This document shows, piece by piece, positions 13,796 through 27,015 of a stretch of DNA of 64,000 nt. A program made the translations under genes and the position numbers. Origin of the DNA: Takakia lepidozioides. Its lineage: Eukaryota > Plantae > Bryophyta. Position 1 is the first letter of the stretch, and each line of letters starts with the position of its first letter. The DNA lies in contig CM060731.1 in the NCBI GenBank assembly GCA_030704615.1, positions 26,040,001 to 26,104,000 of the forward strand. Reading direction: 5' to 3'. Below the pieces are notes generated by a model. That model ran no database searches, was not told the origin of the DNA, and saw only the letters and a list, made by a program, of their open reading frames with translations.

Positions 13796-13823
<28 letters not shown>
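13796..13823. repeat. (AT)n microsatellite
   Basis: Direct reading; a second run lies at ~14420-14445. Confidence 0.9.
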
Positions 13824-13829
<6 letters not shown>

Positions 13830-14018
13830 CAATTAAATATAATCGTTTGTATTATATTGATGAAATGACTCTGGCTAGAGCTGACGTAACTAAGAGCCAC
13901 TTCATTTTATGGCTACTACTCTTCGTCAAGGGTGGGTTTTATAAAGGTTTTTCTAAATCAAAATTTTAGCAAGTAAATTTAAAATAATATAACATAGAGA
14001 CTAAATAGATGTACATAC

Positions 14019-15185
14019 CAGTGTTGGGCGGGTATATGAATTATGACCCGCCGGGTATATCAGGGTATATTGATATATGTATACCCTGGTGTGGCAAGTT
14101 TAGGTACCCGGATGTATACCCTTATATCAGGGTATATTTTTATGATATACCCTTATCCTTATATTTACCCTGCATCAAGACCCTCAATATACCCTACTTT
14201 CCTGAAGGGTATATGTTAAAATGAAGGGTACATCTAATCAGGGTATATAAGGGCCTTTTTGTGCCTTCATAGCCTTTATGTGCTAGGTCTTTTCTCTTTT
14301 TGTTGTGTTGTTAGTGAGCCTTGAGCTATAAGAAATCTCCAATCACAGCTAAAACAAATGTTACATATATTTCATTCCTTAAATGTCATATAACCCAAAC
14401 AATACCTCTTCAGATCTCGCATATATATATATATATATATATATAAGGAAACCTGACAGCCCACAATTTAGGTCCTTGAGGGGTTTTTATTTATTTATTT
14501 ATTTAAGGAAATCTGGGAGCGACAGCACACAATTCAGGCCCTTGAGGAGGGGAAAGATTAACCCCCTTTCATTTATGGGCCATGAGACCTACGGTACGAT
14601 CAACGCCCAGACATACCGTCACACAACAATCCCACACAGGGGGCAGGGCAGCAGGTTCGAACCCCAAACCACCTAATGACACACACTGTGCACTTACCAG
14701 CTGCGAAGACCAGGTATCTGGAAATATCGCAGTTTCAACTTGAACAGGTGGGATATCTTACGATATCTTAATTACCAGCCGATGTGCTTTTTTTATAATC
14801 TCAAACCTCCTCCATCTTGCATTGGAAATTAACACCAAAATATTATGCAATATCTTATCAATTTTCTCTTTTACCATAGATTGTTTTTTTTTTGTGTTTT
14901 GTACATATTGAAGAACATCATATATTCCTTTAAACCATTAAATTATATATTAATGGAAATAACTATCCATACCCGGAAACTATTCATACCCTCAGGGTAT
15001 ATTTTGGCATATATATCCATACTCGGGGGTTATATAGAAATCTGAAAATTTAATTTACCCATACCCGGAGGGTAAATAATTTTTTGAGATTTCAATTTAT
15101 CCATACCCAGAGGGTAAATGATTTGACAAAAATAATTTACTTATACCCTAAGGGTATATTAAATCAATTTACCCGCACAACACTG
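14019..15185. mobile_element. Non-autonomous hAT element (MITE-like)
   Basis: TIRs CAGTGTTGGGCGGGTA / TACCCGCACAACACTG (15/16 match), perfect 8-bp TSD GTACATAC (14011-14018 and 15186-15193), many subterminal GGGTA/TACCC motifs. Confidence 0.92.
14490..14705 (-). mobile_element. tRNA-derived SINE nested in the hAT MITE
   Basis: Minus-strand GCTGGTAAGTGCAC head and GGTTCGAACC B-box; homologous over ~170 bp to 47281-47452. Confidence 0.75.
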
Positions 15186-15193
15186 GTACATAC

Positions 15194-15870
15194 CAATGTT
15201 GTGTTGTGCGGGTAAATCATTTACCCGGATTTATCCGATGGGTAAATCAGGATAAGGGTAAATAATTTACTCGGGTTGGCCCATTTCATTTACCTTTATA
15301 CTTTCAGACGGATAAAGGATCTGAGGGCGTTACCACACGAGCGGCACTGGAAGCAAACGCGAGACTACTATTGGTCACTTCATGTCAGAGCGGCACCTTC
15401 ACCTACCAAACAAGAGGAACAGGAAGCAACGGCAAAGAAAAGTATGGCCGACGTGGTGCGGACGTGGAGCCTCTCCGCGGAAGTCGGATTTCCAGGGACT
15501 ACAGCCGGGAAATCCGAAATGTTAGGGAATCTTTTGTCGTGTTTCGCTCCTTCCCACCAGGGAGCTTGTCTCTCTCCTCTACCCTTTAGACAGATCGTTG
15601 TTTCTTGTCTCCCTTCTTGTCTCCTTATGCACACTGGATTGCCACTCGTGTGGTAGCAGTGTGGTTGTCGTGCTGACATGTACCTATGTTTTATTCCCAT
15701 CGCCCCTTATATCCCTAGCCAGGGACTTCCAGGTCATTGCCTCTCGTGTGGTAAGGCCCTGAGATACCCTTACCCATCTGAAGGGTATATAATTTCCATA
15801 TACCCTTATCCACGGGTAAATATAAATTTTTGGAGGGTAATAATAAAAGGGTTTTTTTTTTAAGGTAAAT
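15194..15870. mobile_element. One end of a second, related hAT element
   Basis: Begins CAATGTTGTGTTGTGCGGGTA immediately after the TSD and has the same GGGTA/TACCC motifs; other terminus not found, so the end coordinate is approximate. Confidence 0.55.
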
Positions 15871-15926
15871 AAAAAAACTCTTCTTCATCCCTAAGTATGA
15901 GGGCCTTCACTCAAGCTCCCACCAAC

Positions 15927-16000
15927 AGGCAGTAGCTCAGTTGGTAAAGTGCACACTGAGTGCCATCCGGATGACCCTGGGTCAAATCCTGCTACTTGAT
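15927..16000 (+). mobile_element. tRNA-like SINE head / tRNA pseudogene
   Basis: A-box TAGCTCAGTTGG and B-box-like GGTCAAATCC; no convincing cloverleaf; resembles the head of the other SINEs. Confidence 0.55.
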
Positions 16001-16056
16001 GGGTGTGGTACGCTCTTCTCCCCTTTCTCTGCGCAGTGTCGCATCAGAAAGCCTTA

Positions 16057-16389
16057 GAGCATCTCCACCAGGGGGTACACTAAACACCACTGCACGGTAA
16101 CCTCCCGCAGCCTCGAACACTCCCCTCCCCCAGCGGCAACTCCATCAATCGACCCTGCACATGTAATTTTCGATGACGTGCCTTGTTGCGGAGGCACCAC
16201 CTGGCAGACACCGCCTTACCATCATGCCATAAATGCACGCAAACGTACTTTTTAGTCGTTCCAGCAGGTACCGGTCGGGCTGACGAGGGCCTGTATCCTG
16301 CACCAAAGGGCCCCGGGGGTGCGGATACCAGGGCCAGGGGCTCAACTAGTACCGTTGTCGTGGCATTTAGGGACACCGGTGGGATGCTC
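16057..16389. mobile_element. PIF/Harbinger (Tourist-like) MITE
   Basis: Ends GAGCATCTCCACC / GGTGGGATGCTC, flanked by TTA on both sides (16054-16056, 16390-16392). Confidence 0.85.
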
Positions 16390-16764
16390 TTACGGCGAGG
16401 TTACTGAGAGGTTATTTTCTCTTCTCTCTATCAAGGGGCCTGATTTGTGAGCTGTCGCTCCCAGGTGTTTCCCTCTATATTTTTTTATTTTTTTTTTAAA
16501 GGTCCCTTGTGCTGCAAGCATCCTCCCCTCTATCACCATCTCCAAGGGCATACCATTATCATGCACCATCTAAGGGGGGCGTACCATTGTCGCTACGTAC
16601 TATATAAGGGCTTCATCTCTATGAAAAGCTTTGGGATTGTGTCAAGGGTCACTTAGCTTAGAGTGCACGGACGGGCTGTTTCCAATGCTATCAACTCAAC
16701 CTAGATCTCGGAGGCACTAGTTTCCATAATTTACGCTTCCTTTGGGAGGCGTCATATATCATTG

Positions 16765-16945
16765 TTGTCAAAAGCCTTTTCAAAGTCCATCATAAGAACA
16801 GCTAGCTGAGGCTGGTCAGACAGATTTGCAAGATGCAATGCTTCGTTAACAACAAGTATGTTGTCAAAGAATCATACGGTTCTTAATGAAGCCAATCTGG
16901 TCCGGCCTTATGATCTTAGGGAGAAGCCGTTGCAACCACCAAGCC
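16765..16945 (-). pseudogene. L1-type LINE reverse transcriptase fragment
   Basis: Minus strand reads LQRLLPKIIRPDQIGFIKNR / DNILVVNEAL...VLMMDFEKAFD, with a frameshift. Confidence 0.8.
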
Positions 16946-19249
16946 TATCTTTTAAAGGCCACAGCAGACTTCAACATCAAACGATAGGGTAATGATAGGT
17001 TGATTTAATCAAAATTTCATCTTTGTTAATGGACCATTTTCTTTTATTTTAAACAATCATTAACTTCCATATGTTATTGGATCTCAGTACTAAGAAGATT
17101 TTACTACTGTTCATCATTTTTGCCCTACTAGTTGAGTACTACATCATAGCATTATCTAATTTATTATTGCAACTTCATTAGTAGTATGATAAACAGTTTA
17201 TATCTACTCTAGTAAATATTTTATGACTTTTGAGAATAGTTTTCATCTATTTATTTCCAATAATTGAAATTATATAATAAATTACTGTAGTGCTTTGCTG
17301 GCATTACGTGGGAGTTACTATTATTTTGATTACTCGACTAGTTGCATGATTTACAGTTATTAATCGCTACTACAGTTGTTTCAGTGGGTCATATATCACT
17401 CTTGAAGATTGCAACTACAATAAGAACTACTGACATTACCTACTGGAAAATTTTACCACTACACATGCTTGAGTCCATAATATTGAACATTATATACATA
17501 TCATTGACATACTTAGTTGTTGAAATACTCCCGTCCAAATCAAAAGATGCCACCAAACACTTTATGAGGGTCAATAACCATTGCTGAATGGTTCTTCGTA
17601 CTTGATATCGCAGACTTAATATTTGTTTGTGGTACTTTTGTCGAACATTTTAATGTGCGTATTGATTGACCAATTGCGTGAATCATACTTCGCAATATAA
17701 TGTTGGAGCATCTAACTTAGGCACTAACTTTTCGAGTCGTTTCATCTGGTCTGCGACATTTTTGTTATAGTGGTGAGTTGCAAATTTGCATTTTGACAAC
17801 CCATCTTTAAATCGGAGAAAAACCGGATGGTGTGGGTGTATCATTATTTTAATGGCTATGCATGGGTTCCCACAATAATTGAGATTGAAGATGACATCTT
17901 TGAGATCCAATCAAACATATCCAAAGTGTTTGACATCAGAGGACGGTTGTCCATTGTTTTTTGTTGTTTAACGAATTTTAACCCCTCAAAATATAAAGAA
18001 ATACAAATTGTTTCCTCTTCCATCAATAGTGATCAAGAAGCACGACGTCTTTGATGTTGTTTCTTAGTGTATACACTTATAGCATCATGTGGGATGATTA
18101 GATCTTCAAGATCCATCTTTATATTGAATGGGTCAATAACATATCATCGACATCGCCCTGAACCAATCCATAAAATCCTCGAATATCGTTGGTACAATAA
18201 ATTGTTGAAATGATATGAACTGCGATGTTTCTATAAATTCGGAGTTTTGCGTAGGTCCTCAATAGAGAGGTTTGTAGTCTGTTTAATTTGCTTGCACACT
18301 AGACATGAAGAACATTTCTATCCTACAAAGCTCTCTCAAATGTACGTACATGGCGGCAGCGGTAAAAAGCAGAAGGAGGAAGAGAGAAAAGAAATAGCCA
18401 CATCGTCCATGATCATGTTCCTACTTTGCTCGATCCATGCAGCAACAGAAGCAGCAACAGAGTAGCAAGAGGCCCATTACCCCCAGAGTCAGCCACACCA
18501 ATGCAAGTCTAAAGTAAGGAATTCCTCTGAAACCCACCGACTGCCCACACATGCCATTAGATGCATTGCGTGCAAAGCTCTTCTGAAGGACTTAACGTTC
18601 CCTAGCAAAAACCAAACTTGCAATTACAATGTCGATCTAGTAAGTACCCCAAGTTATTTGTATGCTCATCTCTAATGGATTCAATATTGGTCTCATGGAG
18701 AAATACAATTTTGACGAACAAAACAAAACAAAACATTGATACAAGAAGAAAACAAAGTTAAATATCATTATTCCGAAAAATATATATTTGTATTTCAACA
18801 ATCATGTGTCACTTACAATTGATTGTGATATGGATGATATCCGTGAACATGACATGATAACTAATATTTTCTTTGAAACTTATCTTTTTTGAAAACTTGA
18901 TGTCTATAAATAAAGATTCTGAGAGACATGTTGAAAGGTCTATCGCGTTATTAGTTTTTTTTTAATAGTCAATTGACATATTCAGCTATTTATGTTTAAT
19001 CCCCAACACAAAATGCACTTACAAAGATAAGAACCTTAGCAACCCAGGAGAAAACGGGCCAACATCGAGGGAATGTGTTTCCTCACCAGCGCCTTTCTGG
19101 ATGGGAAGCGGACCTTCCCATCTCTCCTCAGCACCATCCTCCTTAGCCAAGGGTTCTCTACAGCTGATAAAGAAACAAAGCCCTCAGCTATGTAAAGAAC
19201 TAGGTCCTCCAAGAATTTTTGAAAGGATCAGTGTAGGTTCCACCATGAG

Positions 19250-19883
19250 CTGTTTTCATATGTATATACACCTCTACAGACCTAGGCTAGATCGCCCTTC
19301 TTGTAGGAGGTGCTTGATCCAAAAAATTCAGTGATGGCGCTAGGGTTTACCTTCTGCCTTCTTGCACGGTTGCCTGGCATCTTGGCTACTCTCCAACCTC
19401 AATTTCTCCACAGTTTTGTAGCGCTCCAGATCTGGTCCATGCTCATTCAACAGAGTGCTTGGTCATGGATGTGTTGCCATGGCCGGGGTTGTATTTCATA
19501 ATATCTTTCCGCGATCTTGTTGTGTTGTTGTCGCTTTGCACTGACGCTGTAGGGTGGCAGATGACACAGCGCATCACCTGGGGTTTTTGGGCGTCCACCG
19601 ACATTGCTAGATCGTTGAGGCGGAAGAACGCCCAAACAATGCTATTTCTGTGATAAGGCACCCAAAACTTCCAAGGCTGCACCTAATCTGGTGCCTCTTG
19701 AGTATCACCAGCATCTTCACGCTCGTGCGCAGTACTGGTTGTGGCTTGTGTCTCTAGCCCCAATTCCACTGTGACTCCAGTAGTGTCACCTGCATCTATG
19801 AAGGGAAACTCCACAGAAAAAGAAATGTCAACGTCTTCCGTGCTTAGATCTGCTTTTGTAGAGCTTATACACGATGTGCTCAA
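19250..19883 (-). pseudogene. BED zinc-finger N-terminus of a hAT-type transposase, degenerate
   Basis: SIVWAFF...MRCVICH...YNPGHGNTSMTKH fits zf-BED; in-frame stops. Confidence 0.65.
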
Positions 19884-20129
19884 CCCCTAACCCCAAGAAT
19901 CTGATAGCTGCAGATGCTAGCACGACTTCAAAGCAACAAAAAAAAAAAACAAAACAACACCAGATGCACATTTAAGAAAGAAGGAGAGGAAATCCGTCTG
20001 AAAACCCTACCAAACTTCTAGACATGAAGGCACAACCGTGCAAAAACGCCTCCCAGTGCCACAATCTCATCAAATCTGCCTCAAATCTGCCTCCATCTTC
20101 ATTGAAGTGCCCTCTTGAAAACGCTCTAT

Positions 20130-22806
20130 GTAGTTAGTATCCCTAACCTCAAACTACCCTAGACCCTACCCCTGCATCCCGTCCCTCAACCGATGCATGC
20201 ATGGTATTGGAGTGGTAACGCGAGGAAGAAGACCCGACTGGTATGTTTTGCACTAGGGTTTTACAAGTCCATAGTCCGACACTTGTAAAGCATGTTCTGA
20301 GTTGGGGTTTCAACCTCAAGCCTAGATAGAGCATGGCTCTTGAAGTGGCAGGTGTAGGGGGCTGGAATAGGCTCTAAGACAGATGCTATGGCCAAGGGAA
20401 ATGCTTGAATGAGTGCTCACAAGGGCTGGAAACCAGCAAGGCTTGGTTGTTTGCCATTGAGTTTAGTGGCGTGTTTGGGGAGTCTAAGTGAGAAAGAAGG
20501 CTTGGTTTGTGGCAACCATCTTCCTCATGGCTTAGGGCTACTATTGGTGGTGTGTGGGAGCCGAAAGAGCAAGAATACCTTGCTGATTTCTTCACAGCCG
20601 CCATAGCTCGGTGCAAAGAAGCCTAGAGTCCAAGAGACACAAACCCTAGCTTGGCGTGGCTAAACCCCTTGGAGAAATGGCTAAACTGTCATGAGTGGCC
20701 TGTGGGGCTGTGACAGGCTGTGATGGGCTGTGATGAGCTGTGCCCTATGACCTTTGTAGGGCTATGACAGGCTGTGCCTATGGCCTTTGGGGTTGTGATG
20801 GGCTGTGACAGGCTGTGACATGTAGCCTTTGGGGCTGTGACGGGCTGTGATAGGCTGCGGCCTGTGGGGCTGTGACCCTGTGACCTGTGTAGGGTTGTGA
20901 CAGGCTGTGACCAGTGATCTGTGTGGGCATGTGCTGGTCTATGGTGGCCCGTGTTGACCTGTGGACGGCATGTGCTGACTCGTGGAGGCACTGGTGGACT
21001 GCCTAAGGACTGGCATGTGGTCTTGAAGGCCGAATTTTGAAGCTCGTGGAGGGCGGTTTGAGGAGTATCTTCATAATATTCCCATGGTCATGCAAGTGAG
21101 GGAAGAGAGGAGAGGAAGACCATCATTGTTTCTCATGTGGTGAGGTTGGAGGTGATGACCAGCCAACCATAGGAGTGCTTGCTGTGGATGCAGGTACAGG
21201 TTTAGGCTATGTTAGGAACCTAGTATTCCAAACCATAAGCCGCGACAGGTTCTCTACCCAGTTACCTTGTGGAGAGGGGGTTAGGGACATGTTCATGATT
21301 GGTTGAATGACAGTTTGTCAACACGGAGGTGCCACTAGTTGCTGGGGACAGTGCCGGTTTGAGCACTAGCGATACTAGTGGGTACACAAGACGAGGTGTG
21401 CGGTTTAGGCCACCTTCACCTCCTATGTCTTCTACGGAAGGTTCTGATTCGGATTGTGAATCAGGAGGACTCATACCGGCGGTGCAAGTTGTTTCCTTGC
21501 CATTGTTGTGGGACACAATGGAGGAGATGTATGGAGCTACCAAGAGGCCACGAAGGTACTCTGGGGCGGTGGGCACCATCAAGTTGGATGATTTTATCCA
21601 AGAGTTTGATAGTTGGTGTGGTTTGCAGCAAATGCGCAATCCACAACTATTTACGTCTTTCATGGCATGGAAGGGGTTGTTTCAGCACCTTGAGGGGCCG
21701 CCTATGGATTATTACCATGAGTTCAGGCGGGGGCATGAGGTTGAGATTGAGGAGTGGAGGATGTACTGGTCACCCGACTATGTCTCCATCATTAGGGGCA
21801 CTAGAGCCACGAGGGCAGTGGCTACACCTGCCGCTGCACCAGCAGCTTCAGCAAGCAGCAGTGGGACTAGTAGGGCTAGTGATACAGTAGCTACGACGTC
21901 CACCCAAGCCACTACCGTGCCAGCACTAGTACCCGTGCCTGCCTTCAACCCTGTTGTGGAGTTTTTCGAAAAGTTGAGAGGGAACTACCAAGGGGTGAGG
22001 ACAGAGAAGTTGCGGAGCTTGCAAGAGTTCCAACGGAAGCTGATCGAGAGCTTGAGGGAGGCTTTCACTCGCATGAGGTGCTTGATAAATATAATCCAAG
22101 GGGTTACGGAAGCTCAGGCAGTCCAATTCTGGTATGGGATATTAAACAAGGAGCTGAGGAGAAGGGTGCGGGATGCAACTCTCCTACAAGCGGCCCAACC
22201 CACCTTAGCAAATGTGTTTTTGCTGGCAGAGCGGATAGAGCTCAACATGGTGGAGGAACGAGTGGTCATGGTGGGATTTGCTAAGGAGACACCACGGGGT
22301 AGTGGTGCTCCTAGCCACCCACTACCTCAACGTGCTCAAGGCAACAAGGGGGCTTAGGTGAAGCTCAGGGAAGGGTAGAGAGGACCTCAGATGCAGGGGT
22401 CTCTCCCTTCATTTGTTGGCCAACAACGGGCGGATAAGGTGTGCTGGACATGTGGAGAACCCCATGTCGAGAAGGATTGCCCAGAGGGAGGCAAAGGGCC
22501 GACACATGCATAGCCTGCACAATTGTAGTGTGGGCATTGTGGCAAGCACGGGCATGGAGAGGCCCAGTGTTATGGTTTGCATCTTGAGTTGCGCCCAGGC
22601 CAGTTCCAAGGGAACAATGGTGGCCGGGGGCGAGGTGGAGCAGCCCAAAGAGGACGAGGTGGCCAGGCACGAGGTGCAAGCCAAGGGCAAGCTCAACATG
22701 GCCAAGGACGCGGAGGTCAGGGTGTTGACCAAGGCATGGCCAACCGGCTTCAGCAGCTAGAGCAGAGGCTCGCTGCCATGGCTACAGCTCAGGTGGTACC
22801 ATCTCC
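20130..22806 (+). mobile_element. Ty3/gypsy fragment 1: putative 5' LTR (to ~21247) and gag, truncated
   Basis: gag-like ORF 21329-22357; frameshifted CCHC knuckles (CWTCGEPHVEKDC, CGHCGKHGHGEAQC); leader and gag homologous to 32185-34050; putative LTR end CCGCGACA at 21247. Start coordinate approximate. Confidence 0.8.
20690..20915. repeat. GGCTGTGAC-type ~10-bp minisatellite within the putative LTR
   Basis: Many imperfect GGCTGTGA(C/T) units by direct reading. Confidence 0.85.
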
Positions 22807-25582
22807 CACAATCGTCAGCGCAAAACCAAAACTTGTGGTTCTTTGCCTCGCTTTGTCCGTAAGGGAGAAACAAACCCGTGAATGTAGGAGCTGCAGTGCG
22901 TTCTTTCCCTCTGGATATTAATGATGTACATTTTTCATGATTGCTGGCCCTGATCGCCGCGCATTTCACACGCGATCCAGCACTTGTGCGTTCTATATGC
23001 CAAACCTCGTCCAAGCCCATGGACTCGATTATATGCGGCACCACGTTCTGGTCTTCAACCATTGCAGTGACAGTGCTTGATGCAGGGGTCCGGTCTGGGG
23101 CAGAATAGCCCTCACCTGTGGATGTTCCGCAATTCCATCTCTGATCCAGGGGAACACGTGGCGTCGAGAAGTTAACCCTGTCCGCCCTATGGGAATCTGC
23201 ATCCGATCCCAGAGGGGTGTCCAATTTCCGTTTGCAAGACCCAAATCTCTCTTCGCCTTCCAGATGTGGAACTTTTCCCACGAGAGGGGTGCCATTTGCA
23301 CATATGCTCACTGCCCGTGCTATTTTGCTGGGATCCCCTGATCTTCCAGTTGCCCGCAACATCAACTCGCTCCTGTCCGGGCCTTTGCCACCAAGGCCAC
23401 CCCTCAAGAATGACCTGTATCTGGTTTGCTGCTGCAAAGCACGAATAAGGTCATCGGCCGTCGCCGCATACAAATCTCTTCCTTTTTTGCCGGATTGCTG
23501 CAACCACGCATTGTGCACTGTCTCCGCTAGATTGCAAGAAGGCATGTCCGCCATCTCCTCAATGGACATATGCTGCAAGGCAAAAAACACAAAGCCGATA
23601 TTAGGATTGGACCCTGAAAGATATATCCGAAGCACCCAAACGAAGGTGAATGCAAACCACTCACCGTTGTCATGGCCGCTCCCCACTGTCGGTAACGGAA
23701 GTGCCAAAATGCAAACCAGTCTTCCAGTGCCCTCATGCTGTCCTTCGATGCCGCTCCAGATGAGTACCACCAGGCACGAATTATCTGGAACAATGTATTC
23801 GCTTCCCCCATAGTTTTGGCGTCTTTGTACTGTTTGCACAGTTGACGATGCATACTCTGCATATCTGGCTTGATGTAGTCTTTGTGTGTTTGTCCAGGGA
23901 TTGTGTCCAATGGAAAAGACACGTACGTTCTCTTCCAGGCATTGGCACTTTTGGATCTCTCGTCCCGAACACAATGCGGATAGCGTTGAAGTTAGCTTGA
24001 GCACTATCGGCCATAAAAACCAACAAAATGGGAGAGAGGGAGACCATTGGAGGCCATAACACGAATGAGAGCTTCCCACATGAGCAGCTGTGAATCTGTG
24101 TCCTCTGACTGCATGTCACACACTGCAATTGTCATGACCTGCTGATACACAGGGTCGTAAACATGACATGCCATTGTGGTCCAGTCTTTAACCCTCTTGA
24201 CGTGATCGAACATAAGGCGCCACCATTCTGCATATGTTTAACCAGGCTGACCCCGCTGCCCCTCACCTTTTGTGGACATTTTGAACAAGAACACTTTCCT
24301 GGCTCTTGTCCCGGGAAAACGCTATCTTGGATGTAGTCGTACATGCTCCTTTTCTTCAAATCCATAATATTGTCCATATAACCTCGGCTCCCAGAGCCCA
24401 TTCTTAAAGCATTCACCTGATTCCTAATGTTTGGAGAAGTCAAGTGAGAAATGGTCCATAACAATGTCCAAAGCTGGTCCCTCCAGTATTCCTCCAACCG
24501 AATTTGATGCACACAGAATACGGCTTTCTAGAAAGGACTTGCTCGCCCCCATGGCAATTGCAGATGTGGTTCCAGTTGGATTGGTATCCAACTCTTGCCT
24601 TATCAGACGCGAGACTGTGTCAACGCTCTCCCTATACTCCCCCTTGGACACAGGGTGGTTGTGAAAACCGAAATGGACACAGGCTAGTCAGGGTTTTGAA
24701 TCGATGCACCACATAATACATTCTGGCGCCACACAAAGCAAGGCAGCAAGGTGGTACCCTACAGAACTTGCACACAAAAGTGTTACTGTATGGTGGTGTC
24801 ACCCCAAGCTTGAATGGATTCTCACTGACACCATCCCATTCGCTTTGGTTTTGCACATCTGACAATGCAAAGTGTCTACATTTCATGTTCTCGCATTTCA
24901 GGTGCCCATTACAGACTGTTCGCCTGAATATGAGGTTGTCGTTGTTGTGAGTATTGGAGGTTTTTGTGCAGCACCAAGGGTGCCCATTGTGCTTTTTGTC
25001 CATTCCTTCCAGGAGACTGGATATTCCCCCCACGCGACCAGGAGGAGGCAGCTCAAAAACAATATTACCATCAAAAGATTCCGGCAAGAATGCCACCCTC
25101 TGAATATTGAAAGTGCTCCAGTCTATCCCCCTCAACTCACTCTTGAATCCTGCCATCCCACCCATGGCTTTCAGTTTAGGAATGACACTGGTGATCTCCT
25201 CCACATCTGCTTCTTCATGTGGACATGGCTGATCCACGGGCGGTAGTGCACATGCGTCATCGGAGGATGAGTCCGAAACGAACGATCCTGCAGACTGTCT
25301 CAGAGGAGCACTAAGCACCCTGTATCTGCCTGGAGGCACTCTCCATTGTGTGGTTGGTGCAGTATGCGAAGGTTTCTGGAACGCGTACTTGAGCAGTTTT
25401 CCATTGGCATCGTACACTTCCCTCTGAAGGAATAGAGTTCCATTTTCCAACCGAAACTGCGTTGCGAGGACGAGTTCATGCACCACCGCAAAACCATCAT
25501 CTTCCACCTCGTAAGAAAATGGCACAGGGTGGTCCTCACTGAAGAAGTCCGCGTCAAGGGAGCCCATGGCCTGGGAGGCCAT
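22807..25582 (-). pseudogene. MULE-type DDE transposase with GCM-like N-terminal zinc domain (copy A), frameshifted, SWIM end missing
   Basis: HPWCCTKTSN..RRTVCNGHLKC, CKFC..CGARMYY, FDHVKRV, VMTIAVCDMQSED, FMADSAQANFNA, CLFHWTQSL; several frameshifts; intron ~23575-23660. Confidence 0.85.
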
Positions 25583-26783
25583 CTGCCAATGTTGCTTCTG
25601 AACGCAGAGTTCACCGTCTGATGGTGCTTCTGAATGCAGAGTGTATTAGAGCGAAGTTTTTGGCTGCATAGAAGACGTCCTTACACACAATTGCAGGTAT
25701 CGGTCCTGCTTGCAGATCTCCTAACGTGGATTGGCACATCAAAGAAATGTGTCCCCGTGCGAACCAAGCGGATGGTGACAGAGTGCCCAACTGCGGAGTG
25801 CATAATGTCAGCCCTAATGAAAGAATCCAACTGTTATTTCGCAGGTGCCCAACAATGCATTGGTTGAGAGGTTGACTGACAGAGCCGCCATTTTGCTGTC
25901 ATGTCAGAGAGTCCAGAAGAGATGCCCATTTCCATTCAATTTTAACGGCACCTGCACTGCTGTACAACTGTACATACTTGACATTCCTCTGAAACATCCC
26001 AAAAGATATTACCCAATAATGAACTTTTTCGGATGAGAGGAGTTTATACCCGAACGAATTTTGGATGGAAGAGGAACTAATGATTTCCGCAGATATTCAT
26101 AACGGTTAGATGGGCACGTGTTCGCCATGCATGTGGAATGAGCATGTGGCGAACAGGTTGTTCCGAGCGATCATCTTGGCGTTGAAGGCCTTGCGGTGAC
26201 CCTCCCCTAACCCTCTTTTTTTCCTCTTTTCCTTATTGTCCTTGCAACCCTGGATTCTGCAGAGACGGTAACCCCACTCCGAGGGAGAAGCAAGCGTCGA
26301 ATAACACTTTATTTCACATCAAACAAGCAAAGGGCACGCGCTAAGGAGAGGATGAGGAAGGCGAGACGGGAACTTAGATTGGGTGAAGAAACCTCCGGCG
26401 GAGATGAGAACGAAGGGCAAAACAGGATTTTGCAACCACAGTTTGGAGATGAAGGTCTTGAAGTGATCCCGGAGGCGACCGAAGAGCAACCTCCAATAGA
26501 AGGGGGGGAGGACGAGGAAGTGAGCTGGGCTCGGGAGGAAGCACTGCGAGTGGAGAACCAGGTCTCGAAAGAGCAGGGAGGAGAGATGGACGCGGAAACT
26601 CTGCCGTCCGCCCTTGTTTCACACCACCAGGACCTCCTCGGAAGCATGCTACCTCCTGACCCCATGGAAAAGTTGAATGCCTCAGGAGCATCATCAAGTG
26701 CAAAGAAGAAACCGGAGGTGGCTATGAACTGTCTTTTGCCTTCTCTGTTTTTGTCTTTTTCATGCTAAACATAGAGGTCGACT

Positions 26784-27015
26784 TCAATCTTGCGTTGACG
26801 TTGACGCGAGGCTGATTTTGATGCCTCTTTTGTTCACTCCAAGAGGCCGAATTCTCGTACAATGAACTGCAAGGTAGGGAAAGTTGATTATTTGAAGCTC
26901 CCAGAAGAACCCTGCGTCAACGCAAAGCATATATTGGGTTCAAAAGAAATTCCGGGATGCCTTTCAGACTAAGCTACATCCCCATCAATCAACCTTGCGT
27001 CAACGCAAGGTTGAT
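26784..27015. repeat. Three copy-A palindromes in cargo intron 1
   Basis: 26784-26815, 26908-26930 and 26988-27015 (ATCAACCTTGCGT-CA-ACGCAAGGTTGAT, perfect 13-bp arms). Confidence 0.9.

Noticed and set aside
15927-16000. Functional tRNA gene
   Set aside because: A and B boxes are present but there is no convincing acceptor or anticodon stem.
17580-18060. Decayed minus-strand coding-like segment (HPHHPVFLRF..)
   Set aside because: No motif I can assign with confidence.
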